In this document: in pieces, positions 38,245 through 52,129 of the stretch | Layout of the letters: every line of letters begins with the position of its first letter | Numbering within the stretch: position 1 is the first letter of the stretch | Assembly (NCBI RefSeq): GCF_006345805.1 | Contig: NC_043001.1 | Coordinates: 11,470,001-11,534,000, forward strand | DNA from: Octopus sinensis | Taxonomy: Eukaryota | Direction of reading: 5' to 3' | Length of the DNA: 64,000 nt | Position numbers and translations under genes: made by a program | Notes under the pieces: generated by a model | What the model was told of the DNA's origin: nothing | Database searches by the model: none | Seen by the model: only the letters and a program-made list of their open reading frames with translations

Positions 38245-38858
38245 TTTAACGGACACGTTTCTTTATATGTTTCTTACTGACTTGCTCGAACGTCAGATAA
38301 ACTCGGTCGTTATTTTTCATTTATATTACACCTTTAACCCTTTTTAATGTTACCCGAATTAACACGAATAAATTTTACGTTTTTTTTTTTAACTATAATC
38401 TTCCGCTGTGAAACGAAGTGTTTTATTGAAAAGCACATAGCACATCTTAGTATTTGAATCGAAACCACTATCGTAAGATCGTAGATGCAGAAAGCTAACT
38501 ACGGAGCAACGAGTCTCCGCTGCATGTTATTTCCATTTTAAATACTCTGTTTTATCGTCACTTCAAACTAGCAGTAACTTCGATCATTTCCTTTTTTTCT
38601 CTCACAAATTAGTAATTATAATGTATAATGCCAAATACGTCAGATTCTTTGCAGTTATTTCATACAAGAACATACGTACAAATAAACAATTATGAAAATG
38701 TAAACAACTCGTTTGAACAATAAAATGACGAGGAGATGGTTACTGATGAGAGGAAAAGGAAAAAGCTTCAGGACGAAACAAAAAATAAGCTTGATGTAGA
38801 TGCTTTATACGTGGGATTACCTGTCACAAGTATGTATATATATATATATGCTAATATG

Positions 38859-38907
<49 letters not shown>

Positions 38908-38947
38908 GCATATATATATATATATATATAGATATACACATATATAC

Positions 38948-38978
<31 letters not shown>

Positions 38979-39114
38979 GACATGCATATATATATACATA
39001 TATACACATATACATACATATACATGCATATATATATATATATATACATATATGCATATATATACATATATATATATGTATATATATATATATATGTATA
39101 TGTACATATGTATA

Positions 39115-42100
39115 TCTCTCTATATATAAACGGCAGTTTGTCTGTGCGTGCTTCTGTGTGTCTGTTTTCTCGTACCCTCACCCTGACCACGGCTTTCAAC
39201 CGATTCTGATGAAACTTGACACACACATAGCCCAATGTCATAATTCAAAACTAACGCAGCGAAAATTTTGAAAAGTTCCCCCAGTTCTGAAAAAAATGAT
39301 AAATTCGACATGGGTCGAGAATCATAAACATGAACCACAGACTGTCTCGAGAATCTAAGCTTTTTTTGCAACGCATTATCTATGGTAGTTTTCACAACTT
39401 GCAATCGATTTTCACCAAACTCATGGTGAAGCTTAATGTTACCCTAAGAAACTCAATTCTGACGTTAGTTTTCCATGCAATACCTTACCATCAGAAACAA
39501 TCGATAAAATCATGCCATTTTGGGAAATCGCGTTCAAATTCAAGATGACATATTTTCGACAATATCTTTCACAAATTGGCAGGAATCTTTTTTTTTTCAC
39601 AACGAGCATCATGTCTGCTCCAAGGAGCTATATAGCTCTTTTTATTCCAATAGGATACATTATTGGAAAAAATCGGTTAATTTAATCATATGTGGCACAC
39701 ATAGCAAACAAATTTGTGTATTAAACACAAACCAGACTGTCTAGGGGACGCAACTTGACCTTTTTAGCTATCGATAATTCGATCCAACCAATTCCTACCA
39801 GGAAGAAATTACATTCGAGACTTTACCCCCAACACCGCCACTTCTGCTAATAGCTGCTGCAGCCGCAAGTTATTCGAATACTTTTTTGGTTTAAACTTTC
39901 TTATAACTACCACCCCAAACGTTTTACCTTCAATTTTTGACGTACCCTAACGGTCCTCGGACGCTACTTGCAAACTCTTGGTTTATTATAAACCACTTTT
40001 GTCGTGTGCATCAAAAACTTTTCCTTTCGTTTGTTCAGTTTGATCACTTTTGACTTTTTCGTTGTTGTCACTCACATTGCTGCCAGCTTTTTGGCCGTTT
40101 TTGTACATTTTATACGTTTTCGGATACTTACCCCACGAGCTCCCTTTTATTACACCTTTACCAAACACATTGCTATCCACCAAAATACTTACCCCACGTG
40201 TTCCTTTTTATTACACCTTTGCCAAACACATTGCTATCCACCAAAATGCCACCCAAGAAGAGAAGGACCCTCCTCAGCCCTCGGACGGCCAAGGCATCGG
40301 CTGCCAGGGCTAGAAGGGCACGCGAGACCCACGAGGAACCGCCTTGCGCCTCTCGCAAACAGCTTCCCGTTATGCCGCTGCTCAGGCATCTGAAACTACT
40401 AGCGACCGTTCTACCCGACTTGCAAGGGTCGCAGCGTACAGATCTTCCCTCCGCTCGAGGTTGACGAAAGAGCAACAGTCCAGCCAAAACATGCGGGCTT
40501 CTTACTGTGCTTCCATCCGCAGAGCTCGCGAGAACCCCGAACAAAGGCCCATTCGGAATGCGGCTAACGCCACTAGCACTGCCAGGACACGATCTGTCGA
40601 AACCTCACAGCAGAGGAGAACTCGCCAAGATGCTGACGCCGCAAACAAAGCCATGGCCAAAGCTGCCGAAACACCTCAACAGAGGAGAGCTCGCCAAGCT
40701 GCTAACGCCGCAAACACAGCCAGGGCTCGATCTGCCGAAACTCCACACCAACGGACTATTCGGACATCCAGACATGCCATTAACACTGCTTCTGCTAGGG
40801 CTTCAGAGGGTGCTGAGGCGAGAGCTGAAAGGCTTTCAAGGGATGCCACTGCTACCGCTGTCGCACGTGCATCTGAATCTGCTGAGGCACGGTGCACTCG
40901 ACTTGAGAGTATCAACAAACGTCGGGATATCATTCGTGGTGTACGTACCCCTGCCCCCGCTTTCTGGTTGTCACTAGCATTCAACTACGACGCCACAATT
41001 AACTTCTCCTTGCGTGACGACATCAAGATAGGGTCAATGACAATTGTATGCCAGTTTTGCAAAGCCAAGAAATGGCCCGGAGAGCCACCTGGTTTGTGCT
41101 GCTCTGGTGGCAAAGTGGACCTGCCACCCCTACGGGAACCACCTCAACCACTGAAGGATCTCGCGGCGGGTTAACCCCCGATCGTCACACAATTCCTTGA
41201 AATAATTCGAAAGTACAACTGCTCATTCCAAATGACCTCTTTTGGGGCCAAAATTCCTCCCAGAGAAGGCTGGATGCCTACTTTCAAAGTGCAGGGACAG
41301 GTCTACTACCATCTTATTGGGTCACTTCTGCCAGACGAGATTCAGCAGTCTTCTTTCCTCCAAATATACTTCATTGCCGACTACAACCACCAGGTTGATG
41401 CACGCCTTGGAATAATACCGGGTACAAGCTATGTTCCCCGCAAAGACATTCTTCTCCGTCTCCAAACCATGCTTCATGATATCAACAGCTACGTCTGCAG
41501 CTTCAGATATGCCTTGGACAGTGCTCCATCTCCAAACTTCACCGTTGTCATTGATGCTGATAAACGACCCCACGGGGAGCACGAACGCCGTTTCAACGCA
41601 CCTGCGTGCAACGAAATTGCCGCAGTTATACACGGAGAGCAACACAACAGCCGTGACATAATCATCTCCTCCCGTGGTAACAACCTACACAGGATCAGCG
41701 AGACTCACAGATCTTATGACGCGCTTCACTATCCATTGCTTTTCCCTTATGGGGAACGGCTACCACTTCGGAATTCCTTTACGGCAGCCCCCTCAATCAA
41801 ACTACTGCGGCATCAAAGACGGTTTCCTGCAGGGCGTTCTACTCATACCGGTTCATGGTCAGGGAGGGTGAGTTCAACTTATTGCCCCGTTGTCGTCAGC
41901 TATTCAACCAGTTCGCCGTCGATATGGCCGCAAAAATGGAATCGGAAAGGCTGCTATACATTAAACTTAATCAGACCAAACTTCGCTCCGACTCCTACAT
42001 TCATCTCCGTGACGGTTTGCAACAAGAAAATGACCCTCGCAACATCGGCAAGCCATGCATTCTACCCTCCACCTTCACGGGAGGACCGCGATATATGCGT

Positions 42101-45100
42101 GAAAGGACCCAAGACGCCTTGACCTACGTGCGCATTTACGGCCGGCCGGACCTCTTTATCACCTACACGTGCAATCCCAGCTGCGACGAAATCACTCGCG
42201 AACTCCTCCCGGGTCAATCTCACACCCATCGACACGACATCGTTGCTAGGGTTTTCCGTCTGAATTTGGGCAAAATGAAGGATTTGATAGTTAAGAGTCA
42301 GATTTTCGGGCATGTCAGGTGCCACATGTTTTCGGTCGAGTGGCAAAAGAGGGGCTTGCCACATGCTCACATCTTAATTTGGCTCACTCATAAAATCGAG
42401 ACTAATGACATTGACAAATTCATTTCCGCCGAGATTCCTGACCCCGATGAGGACCCCCGACTCTACGAAATTGTCCGCACTACCATGGTACACGGGCCCT
42501 GTGGACCAAATTACGCCAACACACCATGCTACAAAAACGGATTAGCCTGCTCAAAGGGATTCCCTAAACGGTTCACTTTGGAGACTCAAACAGGCGGCGA
42601 TGGGTATCCGCTGTACAAACGAAGGAGTCCAGCCAATGGAGGCCGCACGATTACGGTTGGGCGACATCAAGTGGACAACAGCTACATTGTCCCCTACTGT
42701 CCTCTCCTGTCGAAGATATTCAAAGCCCACGTCAACGTTGAGTTCTGCAGCTCCATCAGGTCAATACAATATGTCTGCAAATATATCAACAAAGGCAGCG
42801 ATGCTGCCATGTTCAGCATCCAGAGGACCACCAGTCGCGACGAAGTGTCCAACTACTTGGCTGGCCGGTACCTCAGCAGCAACGAAGCGTTTTGGCGCAT
42901 TTACGGCTTCCCGCTCCATCAGAGACACCCGGCTGTGGTGCAGCTTGCTGTACACTTGGAAAATGGACAGCAGATTTACTTCACAGAGCAAAGTGCTGTG
43001 CAGATAGCCACCAGCCCTAAAGACACAACGTTGACTGGTTTCTTCAAATTATGCCAACGTGATGACTTCGCTCGAACGCTTTTGTACCCACAGGTCCCAT
43101 CGTACTTCGTGTGGTCTAAAAACACCTGGGTTCGACGGAAATCCGGCAAAAACGTCGAAAGCTTCCCAGGCGTCAAGTTTGACTCCTGCCTGGGTCGAGT
43201 TTACAACATCCCGCCAAACCAGCAAGAATGCTTCTACCTCCGTCTCCTTCTACATGAGGTCACTGGTCCAACAGGTTTCGCCAATATACGTACCGTCAAT
43301 GGGGTTCTGTGCGACACCTTCAGGGAAGCATGTATGAGACTTGGCCTTCTAGAGGATGACTCCCAGTGGGACGCCACGATGGCAGAGGGTGCTTTACTGC
43401 AAACGCATTCGGCCCTACGACATCTTTTCGCAATCCTTCTTCAAAAATGTCAGCTTAGTGATCCACTAAGTCTCTGGATGAAATACAGGGATGACATGTC
43501 GCACGACTTCTTTACGTACGGCTCAGCAACACTGCCCTTCCGCCGAGATCACGTTCACCAACTTCATTTACAATTTTGCGCTCATTCAACTCGAAGACGC
43601 TGTCATCGATATGGGTGGGTCTGCTTTAACAGAGTACGGCCTTCCACCACCCACACGTGAACACGCCAATGTTATGTCTGCTGAATTGTTACGCGAAACT
43701 TCCTACTGCATTGAGGAACTGCACCAGTACGTCCAAGATAATGAACCACGGCTGCTTCCAGACCAGCGCATAGCCTACAACACCATCGTAGACTCTGTCA
43801 GACAGCAACGTGGGGGGATTTTCTTCCTTGATGCACCCGGCGGCACTGGCAAAACCTTCGTCACTAACTAATTCTGGCAGAGGTCAGACGCAACACGGAC
43901 ATTGCCCTGGCTGTAGCTTCCTCTGTATCGCGGCCACGTTGCTTCCGGTGGCAGAACCGCCCACTCTGCCTTCAGACTCCCGCTCGATCTGGCAAAGTCC
44001 GAGTCACCTATCTGCAACATCGCCAAGAACTCAGAACAGGCCGACATTCTGCGCAGATGCAAACTCATCGTATGGGACGAGTGCACTATGGCACACAAGG
44101 CGCCCTTGAGGCACTGGACAGGTCCCTGCAAGACTCTACGGCCCCCATGGGAGGATTAACTTTACTTCTTTCAGGAGACTTCAGGCAGACTCTACCTGTT
44201 ATTCCAAAAGGAACCCGTGCCGATGCCGTGCGCGCGTGCCTTAAGTCGTCAGCTCTTTGGGCACATGTGCGGCCCTTGCACCTCCAAACTAACATGCGCG
44301 CGCAGTTAATTGGTGACAGCGGATCCGCTGCATTCTCCAGGGACCTCTTATCGCTCGGTGAAAATAGGATGCTGTCTGATGCGGATGGCTACGTTCAATT
44401 GGACTCACTTTGCACCATTGTCGACACCCCTGCTAGCCTCCGGGCGCTGTCTTCCACGACCTACAAAACAATTTACGCGACCTAAAATGGCTGGCAGGCA
44501 GAGCTATTCTCGCACCCAAAATACAACCGTCAACTCCATCAATATCCAGCTACTTGAAGCTATTCCTGGTGATGTCCACGTCTACAAATCTATAGATAGG
44601 ACAGCAGACCCCGCCCAGCTTGCCGATTATCCTGTTGAATTCCTGAATTCACTTGAACCGCCAGGCCTGCCACCACACATCCTGAAGTTAAAAGTCGGTG
44701 CGCCCATTATGCCATCAGGAATTTGGTTCCACCTAAACAGTGCAACGGCACACGTTTGGTTGTGAAACATTTGGCACCACATTTAATAACGGCCACAATA
44801 CTTACCGGTTGTGGGAAGGGAGAGGACGTCTTCATTCCACGGATGCACCTTCAACCGTCGGGCGCTGACCTACCAATCCACTTCAGGCGTTCTCTTTCAG
44901 TTTCTTGTTAAGCTCTCTGCTTCGCAATGTCCATCAATAAATCCCAAGGCCAAACGCTACAAGTCGCTGGGTTACATTGGGCGAACAGTGCTTCGCCCAC
45001 GGTCAACTCTACGTGGGCTGTTCACGCGTTGGGAGGCGCAATGATGTTTTCATGTTTTCGCCCAAACGGACAGCTAGGAACATCGTATATACAGAAGTAT

Positions 45101-45230
45101 TCCAGTGAAGACAAGACATTGCAACGTCCACATGCACCTTCGTTCCCTGGAGGGAAAGGACTACATTGGGATTAGTCGTTGCCTACTAGGGGCTCTTACA
45201 TACCCGGGCAACGCCGGGCTATGCTGCTAG
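39115..45230 (+). mobile_element. Full-length autonomous-type Helitron inserted in (TA)n
   Basis: 5' end A|TCTCTCTATATATAAA; 3' hairpin cccgggcaacgccggg followed by CTAG|T; internal RepHel gene. Confidence 0.95.
40246..45108 (+). pseudogene. Helitron RepHel transposase (HUH Rep + Pif1-like SF1 helicase), multiply frameshifted
   Basis: MPPKKRR start, Zn motif CQFCKAKKWPGEPPGLCCSGGK. Rep motifs PDLFITYTCNP, VEWQKRGLPHAHILIW, YVCKYINKG. Helicase motifs DAPGGTGKT, IVWDECTM, SGDFRQTLPV, SINKSQGQTL, HGQLYVGCSRV. Ends NIVYTEVFQ*. Confidence 0.93.
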
Positions 45231-46331
45231 TATATATATATATATATATGCATGTATACGTATACATATATATGTATATATATTTACATCTTATATGTTT
45301 GTGACTATAATTATATATGTATTTTTATGTTTGTATGTATGTATATACATATATATACGCTTACATATATTTGGTTTATATACACATATGTAGGCATACA
45401 TATACGTATGAGAGCGCACACACACACGCGTATATATACATATATATATATATATATACCCACATCCACCCACCTAAACACCCACCAACCCACACACACA
45501 TATATATATGTACATATATGTGCGTGCGTGTATAATTACCATTCCAACTGTGAGCAATCCGTTGTATCTCTAACAAGAAACTCCTTCCTACTTAAAGTTT
45601 AACAAAGCTGTCTTTTTATTAACGGACATTCTCATTAATTGCCTTCAAAATATTCTCCTTTCTCGGCTTCGACTCTGTTCTTATTCAAATCTTACAAAAT
45701 GTCATTTGAAGTAGATGGCCGTTTGTGTTCTGTTTCCCCCTTTGTCATCGTCTATTCACAATAACTTTTATTTCTCTTTGAAAACCAGCCACTTATATAT
45801 ATTTGTAAGTTATAAATTGATGTTAAATATAATTAAAGAATGTTCTCGATCAGAGTTTTACACATATGGGCGTTCATGCGTACACAGACGCAGACATACA
45901 AGTACACATACATACTTACACTCACATGAATATAATAAATATTCAATAAATAAACAAGAGAATTCAGCACAAGTTTTCATAAATAAACATTGATGCTAAA
46001 CAATGCATATACTTAGACGTGTATCACAATGCATTATACCAGATCTGTTGACCAGATTGTTAGATTTTCTTTTACAAACAAGAATGTAATTGAAAAATAA
46101 AATAAGTAAACATAAAAATGAAAGCAAAAACAGCCAAAGGAAAGAAATGAGAAAATATCTATTAGGAATTAATGATTTGGAATCTTCGAATATGATCTAG
46201 GACTTGATAAAAGATCTGCCACATCATATGATAATTGTTTAAATTTGCATGCATTTTTTAGTGTGTGCCTACATGTATGTATATGTGTATGTATGTTTGA
46301 ATGTGTGTATATATATTATATATACGTGTAT

Positions 46332-46363
<32 letters not shown>

Positions 46364-46437
46364 CAAATTAAGATAGGGGTTGTAAATGCAACCCTCCATG
46401 GGATAACATATATCCAATATACTGCTAGTGAAGTACC

Positions 46438-46476
<39 letters not shown>

Positions 46477-46509
46477 GGTTTGGGATTAGGTTTTTTTGTA
46501 TATATATAT

Positions 46510-46723
46510 ATTTCGGTTTGGGATTTCCTTTGCAAGATTTTTAATGTGGGTTCGTGTGTTGAAGTATATTCTGTTGTGTCTGGGGAGAGTCATTCTCTTT
46601 TCGTGCCTTATAATTTAACACACACACCGGTAAAATTTCCACTTATTTCTTTTTTTATTTTTCTAAAATTTTCGTTGCGTCTCGCAACCATTTCAATAGT
46701 TTTGACTCTCAAAACTATTGAAA
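46510..46723 (-). mobile_element. (TA)n-adjacent pLTR-like fragment with variant hammerhead motif (46663-46699) and terminal 14-bp hairpin
   Basis: Minus strand: CUA-UUGAAAU-G-GUUGC-gagac-GCAAC-GAAA-AUUU-UAG. Hairpin 46691-46704/46710-46723. Confidence 0.4.
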
Positions 46724-46761
46724 ACGTTTTGAAACATGAAATTCATTAACAATGCGGAAAT

Positions 46762-47341
46762 TTTATTCATCAAAGAAAGTACCATTACAATCAATACAAT
46801 TTTGCCAACGAATTACATGTTTGTTTATTCCGGTAAATTGAAATTCCGGAGTTCTGGAGTTGATGAACTCTTTGAACGCACTTTCAGCATCGATTTAATT
46901 TTTGAACCTCTCTCTCAGGAAACCATCAAGATGCTTGAAAAAGTGGTAGTCGATAGGAAAAGGTCTGGGTAATACGCTGGGTGGGGAAAAGCTTCATAAC
47001 GAAGTTCCCTCAGTTCTGGAGCATCATTAGTGAAACGTGTGTTCGAGTTTTGTCATGAGGAATGATTGGCCCTCTTCTGTTGACCAGTCTGGGACAAAGG
47101 AATAGCAGATTTTCGTTCATGTTGGCACATTCATGGCAATGTTTCTGTAGTAATGGTTTTTCCGGGATTTAAGAAGTTATAGTACATGAGTCAAACCTTA
47201 CACCACCAAGCAGCCACCATAACCTTCGTTTTGAAGAGCTCATGTTTATGGAAGGATTTCGGTGCTTCATTTTGCTCCAACCACTGTAAAGAACGTTTCT
47301 TATTATTGTACAGAATCCACTTTTCATCGAAAGTTACAATA
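46762..47341 (-). pseudogene. mariner (DD34D-type) transposase C-terminal remnant
   Basis: IVTFDEKWILYNNKKRSLQWL, KVMVAAWW, GPIIPHDK, HPAYYPDL..DYHFFKHLDGFL, RWQNCIDCNGTFFDE*. Cut at ~47342 by a SINE A tail (47343-47413). Confidence 0.88.
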
Positions 47342-47570
47342 AGGTCGATTTGCTCGACTAAAGGCGGTGCTCCAGCATGGCCACAATCAAATGACTGAAA
47401 TAAGTAAAAGAGTATATATTATATATGCGTGTGTGTTTGTGTGTGTATGTGGCCCTTTTCCATGTGCGTAAGCAATCTTTTATTGTCGGTAAAATTTATA
47501 CAGAAATAGTAATTAGTAGAATTAGTAGAATTAGTAGAATTACTTAGACTATATATACGTGTATATATAT

Positions 47571-48101
47571 ATGATCTGACACATTTGTAGGTTAAATAAA
47601 AGGCAAATGAAGTAAAGAAACAAAAAAGTGTTTTTATTTTGAAAAGTACATATAATGCCATTTTGTTTCATTATGTTTTAAAAAGTAAATCAGTCAAATC
47701 GGATCCATTATTGTCCACAGACTGTCGAAGGCGTTCACGAAAGTTGTCAATAACTCGGCGGGTCATTTCATGAGGAATGGCAGTAATTTCTTGACGAACT
47801 GCATCTTTAAGTTTTGGCGGTGCGAGGTCGGCCGGTTGATTTTCGTTTCAATGCAGATCCAATAGCTCTGAAGTTGGTAACCCATAACAAGATCGTGTTT
47901 CGAGCTGGTACGGGATCATGTCTACCAAGATTGAAGTGCAAACGGAACGCTGTTTGTGTTGCAGTTACAGAATCGTTTGTTTTGATAAACGTTTCCACAA
48001 TGAAAGCGCGATGCTCACCAGTCCAATTCATGGCAGCAACTGAAAAAGAAACGAAAAACAATTTAACCTACAAATGTGTCAGATCATTTTACCTGACCCT
48101 G
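47571..48101 (-). mobile_element. Internally deleted Tc1/mariner-superfamily element (rosa-like N-terminal HTH)
   Basis: TIR atgatctgacacatttgtaggttaaat at both ends (right end ...cctg). N-terminus MNWTGEHRAFIVETF...STGRPRT joins directly to C-terminal LKDAVRQEITAIPHEMTRRVIDNFRERL. Confidence 0.85.
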
Positions 48102-48784
48102 CACAAGTTTAAGCAAGATGATGAATAAATTGTTCTGGAGGTTACATATAGACACTAAACAAACAGTTTGGGTCGGCTCATTCCTGTCTTATTTAAAGGG
48201 AACCTTCTCGTAGACATTTTCGACAAGCTAACAGTAACTGCCAAATTCATAAAATTATATATTCTTCTATCGTTGAAAAGAAACTTTTTGCATGCCGTGG
48301 TAGTAAACATAGAATTAGAAAATGAGATGAGATGATCGTGACTATAATGCATTTGTTCATAGATTTCATTCCAACTAGATCTGAGGCTAAATTTTTGGAT
48401 TGCATGAAAATTTCATTCTTTCATTTTTCTACATTGCACTCTATTCGAAAAGAGATAAAAACCATTCAATCTTCAAAAACAATAAACAAAAGTTATACAG
48501 GAAGGATAGAGTTAAGACAACACCTAAAATGCTAGAATAACAATGATAAAAATATTTTTTGGTGTAAATCCAAATATTGGTAATGTTTAAAAATATAGGG
48601 AAAAACAAAAACCAGGAAATTTATCTGACCGCCAATTACGTCGTCTGCAACGGTAAACAACCAATGTTTTGTAGAATATTTTCACCAAACTTTTAAGTTT
48701 AAAAGGTTAACATTTAACTGGAATTTAACTTCAATTCCCTGGTCCTATGTTCAAAATAATTTCCACGATACTAGATAAGTAATA

Positions 48785-49712
48785 TTGGTTTTAAATGTCG
48801 CCACAAGACCAGTAATTTCGAGGTGGGGGTGGTTAAGTCGACTACATAGTGTGCGACTGGAGGGAAGGCAAAGTCAACGTCAACGGGTTTCGAACTCGGA
48901 ATGTAAAGCCGCACTATATTTTTCTCAGCATGCTAACGATTCTTATTTCTTTATTGCCCACAAGGGGCTAAACATAGAGGGGACAAACAAAGACAGACAA
49001 ATGGATTAAGTCGATTACATCGACCCCAGTGTGCAACTGGTATATAATTTATCGACCCCGAAAGGATGAAAGGCAAAGTCGACCTCGGTGGAATTTGAAC
49101 TCAGAACGTAGCGGCAGACGAAATACCCATTTCTTTACTACCCACGAGGGGCTAAACACAGAGAGGACAAACAAGGACAGAAAAAAGGATTAAATTGATT
49201 ATATCGACCCCAGTGCGTAACTATTACTTATTTAATCGATCCTGAAAGGATGAAAGGCAAAGTCGACCTCGGTGGAATTTGAACTCAGAACGTAGCGACA
49301 GACGAAATATCCATTTCTTTACTACTCACAAGGGGATAAACACAGAGAGGACAAACAAGGACAGACAAACGGATTAAATCGATTATATCGATCCAAGTGC
49401 AAAACTGGTCCTTAATTTATCGATCCCGAAAGGATGAAAAACAAAGTCGACTTCGGCGGAATTTGAACTCAGAACGTAAAGACAGGCTAAGCATTTCGCC
49501 CGGCGTGCTAACGATTCTGCTAGCTCGCCGCCCTCTAGATCAGTAATATTGGTTTCGAATTTTAGCACAAGGCCAGCAATTACGTCCACTGGTACTTATT
49601 TTCATCGACCCCGAAGGGATGAAAAGCAAAGTCGACCTCGGACTCAGAATATAAAGACTCGAAATGGCGCTAAGCATTTTTCGCCGTCGTGCTACCGATT
49701 CTGCCAGCTCGC
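48785..49712 (-). mobile_element. SINE C trimer (48944-49532) flanked by older C-related fragments
   Basis: Three ~184-bp units on the minus strand plus diverged copies with an alternative tail. Confidence 0.85.
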
Positions 49713-50512
49713 GCTGTATCACTTAACTGTATCAGTGTTTAGACAAATTTTGAATCGCAAATAATTCTCTTTAATAATTTTCTATTTTCAAAATGTCAAA
49801 AACATAGTCTGAACTTTTCTGTGAATCTTTCTTTCAATCATTAATCGTACAATATATACATAAAACTATCTTTCAAACTAATTCAGCAAAACAGCCAAAA
49901 CATGGTTATTTGTGTAAATTATTGTCCATTTAGATTTCGTATTATTAGTAGTAAAACCATTTTTCGTTTTCTTTTTCTCTTTAGATAATTTCAAGAGAAA
50001 TATAGTTTTCCAAAGATGGTACTCAAAAGTATAAACATTTACTCTCTATTTTTTCTTCAATCAATATTTCTTAAAAAAGATTCCAGAAATACTTGAAAAC
50101 AAACGAGGAAATAATTTTAATATTTCTAAACAATTGATTATTTCTCCAGACATCCTGTTTCCTTTTGCGAATTTCGAATTAGTAAAAGTATTTCATGAAT
50201 GCTTTCTATAAACCACGTTTATATACGTACATTTTGCATTTCTGTGTTATATATAAGAAAAATTACTGGGATAAAAAACATTAAACATCATTGTACTCAA
50301 TAACTTTCTCATCATGATTATTCCATTTAAATTTGTTGCCGTACGGTACAGGGACATTGCTCGCTCTAACCTTCGGGTTAAATATCGCAAATATGGCGGA
50401 ATTGTTTACACGTCTTAGTTTTATAGTGTGAGAACTTGAAACCTGACGTTTGACCTGCTGGATAAAGTAGATCGAACGTTCAATCAAAGTCGAACTTTTG
50501 GAGAAATACAAA

Positions 50513-50790
50513 TTTTATTTCATCTAGTTTCAGCTCACGAGCTGTGGCCATGCTGGGGCATCGCAATTTGGTGTTGCTACATGATTTTACTTCACGAATG
50601 CTTTTTAGCAATTGACATTTGGTGCATGAGAGAGTTTGATGCAGCTGCCCTCATCTGCACCTCCTGCCGCGAGGTTGGTTCATCTGGGACACCTGACAGG
50701 AAAAGGTCCAGCTTCAGTTTGAAGACACCTACATCCACCCCATTCAGATCTCTCAGGTCCTTTGGGAGGATATTGAAGAGCTGTGGACCT
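50513..50790 (-). mobile_element. 3' end of the CR1-group LINE
   Basis: GPQLFNILPKDLRDL...PDEPTSRQEVQMRAAASNSLMHQM plus 3' UTR, matching ~21630-21900. Confidence 0.92.
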
Positions 50791-51070
50791 ATAGTATTAG
50801 ATGCATTCTTCCTAAGACCAAACGTTGTTTTAGATAACATATAAAATCTCACTTCGAGTCAAACAACTACTACAACAACCATTTTCTTAGCCATATTCAT
50901 GGAATAGGTGTCTTCTAATTTCTCTTACTTAGCTAATGCCTTCATAAACATTATGTATGCAAATCAAGATGACTGTTTCTCATGTATACAATGCCAGACA
51001 TATTTATTGCTCAGATAACTTTCATCACAACATTCGTTAAGATAGTTATTCATCCTAGATAGTTATTTAT

Positions 51071-51227
51071 AGTGGCTGTGTGGTAAGTTGCTTGCTTACG
51101 AACCACATGGTTCCGGGTTCAGTCCCACTGCGTGGCACCTTGGGCAAGTGTCTTCTACTATAGCCTCGGGCCGACCAAAGCCTTGTGAGTGGATTTGGTA
51201 GACGGAAACTGAAAGAAGCCCGTCGTA

Positions 51228-51265
<38 letters not shown>

Positions 51266-51804
51266 TTGTTATTTTTTTGTTATTTTTGTTATTTTTTATT
51301 TGCCCTGTTCGTTTACGCTAATAGTTGCGCTAACTTTCATCGGAAACAATTCTTCGTGGCTGAAACCGTAGCGGATCTATTCTTAGTACTAGAGTCGACC
51401 ACATAGTGGTCACTCTCTTATATTTACGTATAAACTTTATTGTATTCCTGGTTTTTATGCACTAATTTATGGTACTAATTGATGGTACTATTAAGTTAGT
51501 ATCCAATTTTCTCACCCTTATTAGTTGATTATATATATATATATATATATATACACCTATATGTGTGTGTGTGTGTATGTGTGCGTATATGGTTGTGTAA
51601 CTGTATTAGTCCCCTCAACATCGCTTGACAACCGATGCTGGTGTGTTTAGGTCCCCGTAACTTAGCGGTTCGGCAAAAAAGACCGATAGAATAAGTACTA
51701 GGCTTACAAAGAAAAAGTCCTGGGGTCGATTTGCTCGACTAAAGGCGGTGCTCCAGCATGGCCACAGTCAAATGTCTGAAAAAAGTAAAAGAGTAAAAAA
51801 GAGT
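51071..51804 (+). mobile_element. SINE A interrupted in its (TA)n by a ~270-bp insertion (51262-51530)
   Basis: 5' and 3' halves of family A flank unrelated sequence bounded by TA repeats. Confidence 0.85.
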
Positions 51805-52129
51805 ATCCAAAGAACGAACTCGAATATCCTCTCGCCATTCCATATATACATTTCTGTAATAACGACACCCATAAAGCCTAGATATTCATTTCAAATTTTT
51901 TCACAACGCGAACAATTTCGAGGGAGGGATAAATCGATTACATTGGCCCCAGTTCTCAGCTGGTACTTATTTTTATCGACGCTGGAAGGATGAATGGCAA
52001 AGTCAATATCAGAACCTAAAACGAACAAAGTTCCACTAAGCATCTTTCCTGGCGTGCTAACGATTCTGTCAGCTCACTAGCTTCCCAAATCGAAGAAAAG
52101 TATCACAACTTTGAGGCCTTGCACACAAT

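Noticed and set aside
40004-43337. Alternative-frame and antisense ORFs within the Helitron
   Set aside because: Shadows of the GC-rich RepHel coding sequence; no captured host gene was recognised.
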